A stretch of 29,546 nt of DNA from a virus (taxonomy: Duplodnaviria; Caudoviricetes), in IMG/VR virus record IMGVR_UViG_3300031861_000010, positions 1-29,546 of that record. One strand, given 5' to 3'. Below the pieces are notes generated by a model. It worked only from the letters and a program-made list of their open reading frames with translations. It was not told the DNA's origin and searched no databases. Of this stretch, positions 17,583 to 25,502 are shown in pieces. Each line of letters starts with the position of its first letter. Within the stretch, counting starts at the first letter, position 1. The position numbers and the translations under genes were made by a program.

Positions 17583-19293
17583 CCCAGCTCCTCGCTATTT
17601 TATACTCTCCAGTTATTGGACAGTTTAGTTTGTAATAATCAGTAGTACTTTCCATTGCTTCAACAACCAACTTACCTATGGCATCTGCATCCTCGGGGTC
17701 ACACTCTATTTGTATCTCATCGTGTATGACACCAAGTTGCTTGTACTCTAGGTGCGTGGCTATGCTATGAAATATAACCCAAGCACGCTTAGCTATAATA
17801 CTACCAGCACTTTGTAATAAGAAGTTAAGTGCTGAGTGAGGACTGCGTACATAAACCTTACGCCCATCAAGTGTATTGATATGTCCTCTCTTAGCTGCAT
17901 ACTCAACTCCCTTCCTTAACTTTGCAAGAGCAGGTGTGTTAGCTAGGAAAGCTTCCTTAACTTCTGCACCTTCCTCCTTTCCACCGCCCACAATACCACC
18001 AATAAGAACATCCCCACCTCCATAAAGGTAAGCGTAGATGAACCGCTTGGCCTCGTCTCTTGTTGCTAACCCTGCTGCTGCTTGGTTTGCTGTATGGATG
18101 TCACCACTCAGTATCTCTTGAGTGTAGTTGTCATCCTTCATATAGTGAGCTAAACATCTAAGCTCTAGGCCGCTTAGGTCAGCACCTACCAGCACCTTAC
18201 CTTCTGGCACAGTGAACAAGCTACGCATCTCACTACCATACTCCTTACCACTGGCTGTCACCTGCTGTAGGTTAGGCTTACTGCTGGACATGCGATGTGT
18301 TACTGTTCCCATCGTATGTACCCTAGAGTGTATGCGTCCTGTCTTGTGGTTGTACTCATCAAGCCAAGACTTCACTTGCCCCTGTCTCTTTTGTAGCATC
18401 AAGTATCTCCCGATAAGCTGTGCTTCTGGTATGTCCACGTCCTTGAGTATTGTCTCATCAACCTTGGGCTTACCTGTCTCAGTCAGTTCAGTGGGCTTCC
18501 ATCCATAATGTTGCAGGTGTCTAGCTATCTGTTGTCTACTACCTAAGTTGAACTCAGGGTATGCCCAGTAACCGTACTCTCCTGCTTCATTAGTGTGACA
18601 CTTAAGGGCTACTTCCGCAGCGTATGCTTTAGTTCTCGTGTTGTCTTTCTTAAACCTTTGAGCAACCGGTTGTTTGCTACGCCAGACAGGCAAAGGTTTG
18701 AACACTGCTTGGACAGTTCGTTCAGCCTCTCCCAAGTCTGCGTTAATCTTTTGTAAGAGCCACCCTGCTCCTTTGAAGTCGAAGAACCACCCTGTTTTTT
18801 CTTGCTCACTACAGTACTCCTTTATTTTGTATTCTAATTGCAAAGCATCCTCGCTCAGCTTCTTCTGCTTCAGTAGCTTGTATAAACTAGTAGTTATTTC
18901 AACGTCTCTTATACAGTACTGTAACATCTCATCAGTAAACTTAGACCAGTCGTTATAGTCACCCTTAGGGAACTCGAAGTAATCACCCCAAGCCCTGAGA
19001 GAATGGCCACCATCACGTGCTGGCTTGTCAAGCTGGCTCATTACTAAGGTGTCCTCGACAGTAACACCATCAAAGTTAACACCTAATAGCTTCTTCAGCA
19101 CCGGCACGTCATAGCCAATACCGTTGTGAAAAGCTATAACATCTACCTCAGTAGCAAGCCAAAGCTTAAACAAACCAAGTGTGTCCTTGTAGAAACTAGT
19201 AACCTCTTTAGTATCTACATTCTGCACAACAATACACCAGACAACGCTTGGGTCTAGGCCATCAGTTTCTATGTCACAACTAAAAGTTCGCAT
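17569..19293 (-). CDS. polA: Family A DNA polymerase (T7 gp5-like) with 3'-5' exonuclease
   Basis: ExoI DIET, ExoII HNGIGYD, ExoIII YCIRD; PNLQQV; motif A DLSGLELR; motif B RDEAKRFIYAYLYG; motif C IHDEIQ. Confidence 0.95.
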   Translation of the reverse strand: MRTFSCDIETDGLDPSVVWCIVVQNVDTKEVTSFYKDTLGLFKLWLATEVDVIAFHNGIGYDVPVLKKLLGVNFDGVTVEDTLVMSQLDKPARDGGHSLRAWGDYFEFPKGDYNDWSKFTDEMLQYCIRDVEITTSLYKLLKQKKLSEDALQLEYKIKEYCSEQEKTGWFFDFKGAGWLLQKINADLGEAERTVQAVFKPLPVWRSKQPVAQRFKKDNTRTKAYAAEVALKCHTNEAGEYGYWAYPEFNLGSRQQIARHLQHYGWKPTELTETGKPKVDETILKDVDIPEAQLIGRYLMLQKRQGQVKSWLDEYNHKTGRIHSRVHTMGTVTHRMSSSKPNLQQVTASGKEYGSEMRSLFTVPEGKVLVGADLSGLELRCLAHYMKDDNYTQEILSGDIHTANQAAAGLATRDEAKRFIYAYLYGGGDVLIGGIVGGGKEEGAEVKEAFLANTPALAKLRKGVEYAAKRGHINTLDGRKVYVRSPHSALNFLLQSAGSIIAKRAWVIFHSIATHLEYKQLGVIHDEIQIECDPEDADAIGKLVVEAMESTTDYYKLNCPITGEYKIARSWDGTH

Positions 19294-20938
19294 CTGAATT
19301 ACCCACTTCTGGGTTGTGTCCTTTCTCCAACCGGCCTGTTAGTATGTTAAAGAACGCCCAGCCACCCTCGCCTGTCTGACCAGTACGTCTAAGCTTAGGT
19401 ACTCGTATTCTAGTTGCATTCCTTGTGTACTCATCCTCGCTTAGCTTGTCCCGACTAAATAGGATGTTAGTATGGCACGCTTGTGGTATTGCTCCACTAC
19501 CTTTCACGTCATACTCGCTGATTTTATGTGGATGACTACCATCATCAGGCTTCCTTGTGTGTGTACTCAGTATGACTGTGGCCTTGGTCTCTTTACATAA
19601 CTTAATAAACCTGTCCATCACCTCTTCCACGTTCTCATTGCTCAAGTTCTTAATGGCTGTATGTAAAGGGTCTACTAGTATTACTGAACAACCCAGCCCC
19701 TTAACAAAGTACCTTATCTTAGCAAACATCTCGTCCAAGTCTATACTACCACCACCATCATTATGTAGCTGAACCTTCTTACCAAAACCAATGTCAATAG
19801 CTTCATCCATAATCGTATCTACGTCCAGCTCCTCTGGTTTCAGTAGTTGCAGGTTGTCTCTGGTGTGTACACTTACTACCTTTCTAATTGTCTCGTCAAT
19901 ATTATCCTCCACCATAAAGCAACCAATCCTTTCCTTTGTCTCTGTTGCAAAGTGGTATATCAGTTCATTAAGAATAGTAGTCTTACCTATACTAGTATGT
20001 GCAATGATGGACACTAGCTCTCCCCTAGCAACACCACCTCTCATCATCTCGTTCAAGTTACCGAATGATTCTGGTAGTGGTATTAGTTCTGTGTCTTTAT
20101 ACTTAAGAAGTGCTTCTCGCATGTCATCAATAGATGCTACTCCACTTACAGTATATTCTTTAGCATCATTCCACCACTCATCATAGAAGCACTTGCTATC
20201 CCCGCTACTTAGGTAGTCACTTGCGTCCTTGTGTTTAGCAAGTGTTAATACCTTACACTTATTCGGGCCTAGTATTGGTGCTACCTTGCTGGCCGCATCC
20301 CTTCCCGCTTCGTCATTATCAAAGCACAGTACTACAGTCTCGAAAGAATCAAGCCATTCTATATTAGCTTTTATATTGTCTACACAATTAGCACCGTTGT
20401 TGACTGATACAACAGGCCACCTGCTACCAAACATCTCGAAGGCGGCCATAGCGTCCAGCTCTCCCTCGCATACAGTAACGAAAGCTCCACCACTTCTGAA
20501 CAGGTGTTGTCCAAACAGTAAGTTGTCTTTACTTGTGTCACCCCCACCGAAGAACCTTTTATTGGCTACAAGTCTTGTCTTAATACCAACATGCTCTCCC
20601 TTCTTATTGTGGTAAGGGTAGTGGTGTTTAATGATTGTGCCTTGCGCATCCTTCTCCGCTTTAACCTTATACTTCTCCAAGGTTTCAGCTCTTAGTCTGC
20701 GGTCTGGTAGGCTATAGTACTCACCTCTATAGTCGTGTATCCAATCACCATCTGGTTTATCTTTTGGTGGTGTGGCATTGATTACTTCTGATGTGTCTAA
20801 GTTAATCTTACCGTGTTTCTTGCATCCATAACAGTGTGTCTGTCCATCTGAGTACACTGTTAGGTTGTCTTTTGATGTGTCCCTGCCTACCTTAGCACAG
20901 TCTGGACACTGCTCCTTACGGAGTATGTAATTGCTCAT
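19280..20938 (-). CDS. Primase-helicase (T7 gp4-like)
   Basis: CPDC...HCYGC zinc finger; TOPRIM EGELD and FDNDEAG; Walker A AHTSIGKT; H4 VKGSGAI; KLRRTGQTG. Confidence 0.95.
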   Translation of the reverse strand: MSNYILRKEQCPDCAKVGRDTSKDNLTVYSDGQTHCYGCKKHGKINLDTSEVINATPPKDKPDGDWIHDYRGEYYSLPDRRLRAETLEKYKVKAEKDAQGTIIKHHYPYHNKKGEHVGIKTRLVANKRFFGGGDTSKDNLLFGQHLFRSGGAFVTVCEGELDAMAAFEMFGSRWPVVSVNNGANCVDNIKANIEWLDSFETVVLCFDNDEAGRDAASKVAPILGPNKCKVLTLAKHKDASDYLSSGDSKCFYDEWWNDAKEYTVSGVASIDDMREALLKYKDTELIPLPESFGNLNEMMRGGVARGELVSIIAHTSIGKTTILNELIYHFATETKERIGCFMVEDNIDETIRKVVSVHTRDNLQLLKPEELDVDTIMDEAIDIGFGKKVQLHNDGGGSIDLDEMFAKIRYFVKGLGCSVILVDPLHTAIKNLSNENVEEVMDRFIKLCKETKATVILSTHTRKPDDGSHPHKISEYDVKGSGAIPQACHTNILFSRDKLSEDEYTRNATRIRVPKLRRTGQTGEGGWAFFNILTGRLEKGHNPEVGNSDANF

Positions 20939-20958
20939 GTCTCTTCCCTTTAATGATT

Positions 20959-20980
20959 AAAAGGGCTACCGAAGTAGCCC
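20959..20980 (-). terminator. Intrinsic terminator after ssb
   Basis: - strand GGGCTAC-TTCG-GTAGCCC-TTTT: 7-bp stem, C(UUCG)G tetraloop, short U tract (partial readthrough likely). Confidence 0.8.
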
Positions 20981-20992
20981 AAATGTGGATGT

Positions 20993-21379
20993 TTAGAACT
21001 CTGATGGGTCGTAGTCCGAAGCCCCTTCAGCTTTAGACTCAATCCGGATACGTTCTAGGTAGGTGTAAGCATCATAAGGTGCTTTTCCCTGCTTCACTAG
21101 CATCGTAACTGAATCACCGAACAGAGACAGTTGATTAATATCCACCTCCTCCTTGTCCACGTTATAAACCTTGGGTGCACCAAAGTCTACCTTGCGTTTA
21201 GCAGTGATTTGCTTAACGCCTTTGTACTCAGACAGTTTCAGACCTGCTTTCTCAGCAACCTTAGCACCTTCCTTATCTAGTGCTACGGTTAGGGAATACT
21301 TCTCATCCCCTTTGTAATTGTCTGGTTGAGTAACGTGATTAAATACCACATCACCTGTTAAAGCTAAGTAATCGCTCAT
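20993..21379 (-). CDS. ssb: Single-stranded DNA-binding protein (T7 gp2.5-like)
   Basis: PDNYKGDEKYSLTV and PKVYNVD motifs; acidic tail ending in Phe (SDYDPSEF); upstream of primase; RBS AGGAG. Confidence 0.75.
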   Translation of the reverse strand: MSDYLALTGDVVFNHVTQPDNYKGDEKYSLTVALDKEGAKVAEKAGLKLSEYKGVKQITAKRKVDFGAPKVYNVDKEEVDINQLSLFGDSVTMLVKQGKAPYDAYTYLERIRIESKAEGASDYDPSEF

Positions 21380-21410
21380 AGTTGTAACTCCTATATATTA
21401 TTAACATTCA

Positions 21411-21635
21411 GCAACCCTCTTGGGTTACACACCTAGTGGTTAATACCACTAAATTAGTACAGCAGAAAAAGGAAGTTTAATTCATAGTGTCTGACAAACA
21501 CAATAAAAACTACTGTACTAACTTAGTAATACTATAGCTACCATACTAAGCATTACTCTGTTGCTGTAATACTATTATGTAGTATCTAATAGTAATCATA
21601 CAACAGAACAAACTTAGTATAGAAGCTAAGAAAGT
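21411..21635 (-). ncRNA. Candidate structured 5' leader/ncRNA upstream of ssb (four hairpins)
   Basis: Stems at 21535-21628, 21454-21521, 21432-21453 and 21411-21428; most imperfect positions are G-U pairs on the - strand. Confidence 0.55.
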
Positions 21636-21637
21636 AT

Positions 21638-21652
21638 CAATATTATAGCATA
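21638..21652 (-). promoter_or_regulatory. Extended -10 promoter for the ssb/replication operon
   Basis: - strand TATGCTATAATATTG (TGn-TATAAT); no good -35. Confidence 0.65.
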
Positions 21653-21658
21653 CTTTTG

Positions 21659-21829
21659 CTAAGTTGTAGAGCTTGAATTGAATGCTTCATCATGCTCTTT
21701 CTTGTATTCATCAGTCTGCATATACATTCGTACCCACTTGATGGATGTATCCATACCCTCTTCCGTGAATGGTTCATCTTGTAGTGCTTCCTGCATAGGC
21801 TCATACAGTTCTCTTTTTACCTTACCCAT
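21659..21829 (-). CDS. Hypothetical protein (56 aa), not in the ORF track
   Basis: Strong RBS AGGAGGT; MGKVKRELYEPMQEALQDEPFTEEGMDTSIKWVRMYMQTDEYKKEHDEAFNSSSTT. Confidence 0.6.
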   Translation of the reverse strand: MGKVKRELYEPMQEALQDEPFTEEGMDTSIKWVRMYMQTDEYKKEHDEAFNSSSTT

Positions 21830-22004
21830 CTAGACCTCCTGTGTTGCCACCTAATGTCCTTGTTATGACATCTTCGCGCTCTCTCTCGAGCTTCTTAAGT
21901 CTGCTGATGCCCTCTGAAACATCTGCTTCTATGGTTTCTATGGCCCTGTTTATACGAACCAAGTCTGCTGCTAATTGCTGTGTCCATGTACGTGCTTCAC
22001 TCAT
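21822..22004 (-). CDS. Small coiled-coil protein (60 aa)
   Basis: RBS GAGGA; heptad pattern. Confidence 0.55.
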   Translation of the reverse strand: MSEARTWTQQLAADLVRINRAIETIEADVSEGISRLKKLEREREDVITRTLGGNTGGLDG

Positions 22005-22019
22005 TGTTGTTTCCTCTTA

Positions 22020-22439
22020 TTATTTAAATTCATTAAGACTATGTTCCCTGTCGTTCTCGTCTTCTGTCTTGCATCCCTTAGACTGTAGCCACTCATCCCT
22101 TTGTTGCTGGCGGTAACGCATTAGGCTACTGGCTTCCTTGAACGACATCCTTACCCCGTTCCTGTCCTTACTTCCCGAGCCGTCTGGACTACCATCCATG
22201 TAGGATGGGTCTATAGGTATTCCCATTACAACTGTTGCTGGTTTGTCTACCCAGTCATTACGCGTACCGTACCCACGCCTGCGTTGGTTAGCTTGTAGTG
22301 GGCTGTATATAGTCTCAACATCTGAATGCTTAGTCAATCTCAGGTACGCTGTATTAAGCCTACATCCCACCTTGTCAGCTACATCTTGAGCACTTACAAT
22401 ACTACCATCTGACAGTGTGTATGTCTTCTTCTTTCTCAT
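22020..22439 (-). CDS. HTH DNA-binding protein (start revised to ATG 22439)
   Basis: YTLSDGSIVSAQDVADKVGCRLNTAYLRL helix-turn-helix pattern; G-rich RBS. Confidence 0.6.
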   Translation of the reverse strand: MRKKKTYTLSDGSIVSAQDVADKVGCRLNTAYLRLTKHSDVETIYSPLQANQRRRGYGTRNDWVDKPATVVMGIPIDPSYMDGSPDGSGSKDRNGVRMSFKEASSLMRYRQQQRDEWLQSKGCKTEDENDREHSLNEFK

Positions 22440-22440
22440 A

Positions 22441-22638
22441 CTATTTACCCCCATTCTTATAGTATTCACTTAGGTGTTCCATCATCCTGTCCATACAACC
22501 CTCAATTGTACATTCAGAGGGCGTAGGATTGGATTCTAGGGTACTTCTTTGATTGACCCTATGCCCTGCCTTAATTACCTCTTTAGTAGCCTGTAATCTC
22601 TTGTCTAATAATTCCCATTCCGTGTCTTCACTTGACAT
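22441..22638 (-). CDS. Hypothetical early protein (65 aa)
   Basis: RBS AGGAG; tightly packed in the operon. Confidence 0.55.
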   Translation of the reverse strand: MSSEDTEWELLDKRLQATKEVIKAGHRVNQRSTLESNPTPSECTIEGCMDRMMEHLSEYYKNGGK

Positions 22639-22640
22639 TA

Positions 22641-22841
22641 TTATTCTCCTCTATAATCTTTAAGTTCTTTTATGAAGTCGCTCTTATGTTTCAGAACATC
22701 TCCGTACTCATCAAGCCATTCTTTATTTGGATAAGCTTTGAGAATTAGGTTGGTTATTTCATCAATAGGGTCATCACATTCATACCAAAGCCAGTCAAAG
22801 ATTGCCTCTAGTTTTATTTCGTTTTCTTCAGTTGACATCAC
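22641..22841 (-). CDS. Acidic hypothetical early protein (66 aa)
   Basis: RBS GGAGG; overlap with the upstream stop. Confidence 0.55.
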   Translation of the reverse strand: MMSTEENEIKLEAIFDWLWYECDDPIDEITNLILKAYPNKEWLDEYGDVLKHKSDFIKELKDYRGE

Positions 22842-23086
22842 GCCTCCTCCATAATAATATCACCAATGACATCCTCGTAACAATCCCACAATGTTTTGTA
22901 TAGACTTTCTTTTACGGCATCCACAGCCTCAACAAATCTATCCTCACCTATTTCATCATCAAGGTATCTGCCTGTTTCAATAAGGTCATCGTGTACTTTC
23001 TTGTCGAGTACCCTTTCCATGCGACTGCAGAATGTGTAGTACTCCTGCTCTTTTTCTTTCTTCAAGTGTTCTTCTACTATGTTCAT
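22838..23086 (-). CDS. Acidic hypothetical early protein (82 aa)
   Basis: RBS GGGGAG; ATGA coupling. Confidence 0.6.
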   Translation of the reverse strand: MNIVEEHLKKEKEQEYYTFCSRMERVLDKKVHDDLIETGRYLDDEIGEDRFVEAVDAVKESLYKTLWDCYEDVIGDIIMEEA

Positions 23087-23259
23087 TTCTCCCCCTTTTC
23101 TAAAAATCCAGACATATTGTTATATGTAAAAGTACCCGCTTCTTGTTTACTATGGTTGATTAAAATATCTTCCAACTCTGCGACTGTTGTAACACCAGCC
23201 AAATCTAAGAGCCAATCTAATACCTCACCATCTGAGTAGTTGTCTAGTTCATTTTCCAT
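23083..23259 (-). CDS. Acidic hypothetical early protein (58 aa), not in the ORF track
   Basis: MENELDNYSDGEVLDWLLDLAGVTTVAELEDILINHSKQEAGTFTYNNMSGFLEKGEK exactly fills the gap between neighbours. Confidence 0.55.
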   Translation of the reverse strand: MENELDNYSDGEVLDWLLDLAGVTTVAELEDILINHSKQEAGTFTYNNMSGFLEKGEK

Positions 23260-23260
23260 C

Positions 23261-23560
23261 TTAATACCTGTCTAGAGTAATTGTTGAAGCACTTAAGTAA
23301 CTATCTACTTCATCAGATATCTCATCAGATAAATCAAGATTGTCTATCTTAGAATCCACTTCATCAGACACCATGGTTTCTATAAAGTCAGCGAAGCTGT
23401 TGCTTAGGATGATACTATCAGCAAACCTTTCCCATATAGAACGCTCGACTGCAAGCTCGTGGTTGTAGTTATCAATCTTAGTGTACAAACTCTTAACCTC
23501 ATCTCTTAAGCTTGCAATAGTTTCGTTCGCTTTCTCTAGTTGTTCTCTTTCTTCTTCCAT
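23261..23560 (-). CDS. Acidic coiled-coil early protein (99 aa)
   Basis: RBS AAGGAAGGT; N-terminal heptads; SDEVDS occurs twice. Confidence 0.6.
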   Translation of the reverse strand: MEEEREQLEKANETIASLRDEVKSLYTKIDNYNHELAVERSIWERFADSIILSNSFADFIETMVSDEVDSKIDNLDLSDEISDEVDSYLSASTITLDRY

Positions 23561-23578
23561 CTTACACCTTCCTTTTTA

Positions 23579-23752
23579 TTATTGTTGTAGTTGTACTCTA
23601 GTAATTCCCCATTCTTTCATCAGCCTTAGTGCTGTTAGTCTTGAATGGTTCACCATAAAGTTATTTGTGTGGATACTGGCCTTTTTAAGTAGCTTCACAG
23701 CATGTATAGCATCGTCAATATCCACGGTTAAAATTCGAGAATTACTTTTCAT
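23579..23752 (-). CDS. Hypothetical early protein (57 aa), not in the ORF track
   Basis: MKSNSRILTVDIDDAIHAVKLLKKASIHTNNFMVNHSRLTALRLMKEWGITRVQLQQ; RBS AAGGT; fills the gap. Confidence 0.5.
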   Translation of the reverse strand: MKSNSRILTVDIDDAIHAVKLLKKASIHTNNFMVNHSRLTALRLMKEWGITRVQLQQ

Positions 23753-24119
23753 AATACCTTGGCGCTTTATTCGCCTTTTTTAGTATTAGTTGTGTCACAG
23801 CTTCAAACTTAGGCACAACCCCTTCCCAAGAGCCATCCATACAAGGCGCTTCTCTTGAGGCTATGAAATGTTCAACACAGGTTGTTGTACACCCCTCACT
23901 TGTGTCTTTATAACTGCCATAGCAGTTGTTGCACTTATAGTCTTCTTCAACTTTTAATTCGTCGATAAGCCCGTGTGCCTCTTCTAACGTATTTAACAAG
24001 ACTCTAATTGTGTGTAATCTATCAAGCGATGGATTATCCTTATGTTCCTTTATAAGGTATTCCCTATCCGCCAATATATACGTTATGTCGTACAATGTGT
24101 TTTGTTGTTGCTCAGTCAT
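23742..24119 (-). CDS. Hypothetical early protein with CxxC..CxxxC (125 aa)
   Basis: CNNC and CTTTC possible metal site; ATGA coupling. Confidence 0.55.
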   Translation of the reverse strand: MTEQQQNTLYDITYILADREYLIKEHKDNPSLDRLHTIRVLLNTLEEAHGLIDELKVEEDYKCNNCYGSYKDTSEGCTTTCVEHFIASREAPCMDGSWEGVVPKFEAVTQLILKKANKAPRYYEK

Positions 24120-24238
24120 TTCTTGTTACCCCTTGGCGCGTTGTTCGCCTCTTTTAGTAGGTCATCTGGTGCTAATACAAATACTAGGGACATGAACACC
24201 AGTGTCATTCCCATCATAGTCAGTATGAAATATTCCAT
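24116..24238 (-). CDS. 40-aa single-TM microprotein, not in the ORF track
   Basis: MEYFILTMMGMTLVFMSLVFVLAPDDLLKEANNAPRGNKK; TAATG and ATGA coupling at the ends. Confidence 0.55.
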   Translation of the reverse strand: MEYFILTMMGMTLVFMSLVFVLAPDDLLKEANNAPRGNKK

Positions 24239-24453
24239 TACATTTCACCCCATCCAGCACTACGCAACCAAGCATTGTCTGCATCGCTGTTTTCCTGTTG
24301 TCTCTGGGCATTCCTGCGTATATGCTCGTCTTCATAACAAGTGTCGCACATCGCACGTTCACCGTATGGGTCTGTCGTACCGCATTCGACCATGTATTCT
24401 CTATAACCAAAGTTACCTTTGGGCATCATGTAGCTTATTTTGTTTTCACACAT
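24238..24453 (-). CDS. Small Cys-containing (zinc-binding-like) early protein (71 aa)
   Basis: C2, CGTT and CDTC; RBS AAGGA. Confidence 0.6.
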   Translation of the reverse strand: MCENKISYMMPKGNFGYREYMVECGTTDPYGERAMCDTCYEDEHIRRNAQRQQENSDADNAWLRSAGWGEM

Positions 24454-24465
24454 AATAGTTTCCTT

Positions 24466-25080
24466 TTATTTAAGATTACGCCACGTTTCCCAAGTAATAG
24501 ACTGCAACATAAGCGGTCTTATTCCCAGAAACTTAGCTGTCCAAATGTAGCAGTCCTCGAAGAACGCATAATGAAGCGGTGTCAGTGCTTGTTCCTCGTC
24601 TGTTGCTACTCTACCTAAAGCCACAGCAATAGCGTGTCTATCCACTGTGACTTTTGATTCCTGTGATGGGTGCATTATATTCAAGTAGAAAGATTTTGTC
24701 TTTTCCCCTTTAAGAATATACTGTATTCCCTCGTCTGTTACCTTATTCCATATTAACCAGCACCTATCCAGTTGTAATACTTTATCGCACTGCTTAGTAA
24801 AGTTAATATACTTACCGCCTTTTAGTACGCTGTTTGTCTGCAAGTAGTATTCAGCTATCTCTTTATTTTTATCCCACGTCTTTAGTGGTGACAGTGCAGA
24901 AACAATACCAACAACAACACTAAGCGGTCTATTGTATTTAATACTCAATCCCTTACAAAAAGCATGAGCATCAACATACCAATCGGTGTGCGCGTCTGCC
25001 TTATTGTACACTTTAAGAATATTATTCTTTACCCTTGCACGGCTCAGTCTTTTGCCTTTGAATGTTATTACTTTATGCAT
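24466..25080 (-). CDS. Helix-hairpin-helix DNA-glycosylase-fold-like phage protein (DUF7178-like)
   Basis: DWY, GIVSALSP..TW..N, LKGEKTKSFYLNI, VTVDRHA and LQSITWETWR motifs. Confidence 0.6.
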   Translation of the reverse strand: MHKVITFKGKRLSRARVKNNILKVYNKADAHTDWYVDAHAFCKGLSIKYNRPLSVVVGIVSALSPLKTWDKNKEIAEYYLQTNSVLKGGKYINFTKQCDKVLQLDRCWLIWNKVTDEGIQYILKGEKTKSFYLNIMHPSQESKVTVDRHAIAVALGRVATDEEQALTPLHYAFFEDCYIWTAKFLGIRPLMLQSITWETWRNLK

Positions 25081-25261
25081 TTTGTTTATCCCTGTTTGTA
25101 TAGTAATTATCTGAAAGAAAAATACCTACATCAGTATGCAGGCTTTCATAATCATTTGCCCTTTCTACTTGGCATTGTGTTACTTCTGGCAACTGGTCAA
25201 AGCTGTAATAGCTTGTAAAGTCTTTAAGTATGTTCTTTTGTCGTTTTGATAGTTTTCTCAT
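25073..25261 (-). CDS. Hypothetical early protein (62 aa)
   Basis: First ORF after the 25.4-kb promoter; RBS AGGGA. Confidence 0.6.
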   Translation of the reverse strand: MRKLSKRQKNILKDFTSYYSFDQLPEVTQCQVERANDYESLHTDVGIFLSDNYYTNRDKQNA

Positions 25262-25331
25262 AGCTTTTGTTTATCCCTTTTAATTGTAAATTTATGAGCC
25301 TTTTATAGTGTTGCTTAGCACTCGGAGAATT

Positions 25332-25353
25332 CTTGTAACAGTGTTACGCTTTT
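25332..25353. repeat. 22-bp operator-like box, copy 1
   Basis: CTTGTAACAGTGTTACGCTTTT with dyad GTAACA-G-TGTTAC; identical to 26163-26184. Confidence 0.85.
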
Positions 25354-25391
25354 CTTTATCCCTGCACGCGTAATACTTGATTCATACTAAC

Positions 25392-25420
25392 ATTATCCGC
25401 TTTTTTATCTGCATTGTCAA
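25392..25420 (-). promoter_or_regulatory. sigma70-type early promoter
   Basis: TTGACA-17 bp-GATAAT on the - strand. Confidence 0.8.
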
Positions 25421-25450
25421 ACCTGTGAGAATACAAGAACAGCAGGCGCT

Positions 25451-25473
25451 AAAAAGCCCCAATTAAGGGGCTT
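25451..25473 (-). terminator. Intrinsic terminator after the first early gene
   Basis: - strand AAGCCCC-TTAATT-GGGGCTT followed by further Ts. Confidence 0.8.
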
Positions 25474-25502
25474 AATAAGCTTATTTAGGCGCTATTATTG
25501 AG

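Noticed and set aside
21527-21537. TAATACTATAG resembling a T7 promoter
   Set aside because: Lacks the specificity core, points against local transcription, and no phage RNAP gene is present
22838-23086. Ocr homologue (LWDCYED recalls the Ocr C-terminal region)
   Set aside because: Resemblance too short to support homology; kept only as an acidic candidate
24162-24410. Alternative 82-aa - strand ORF
   Set aside because: Out of frame with the coupled 71-aa and 40-aa genes, which have better RBS and coupling
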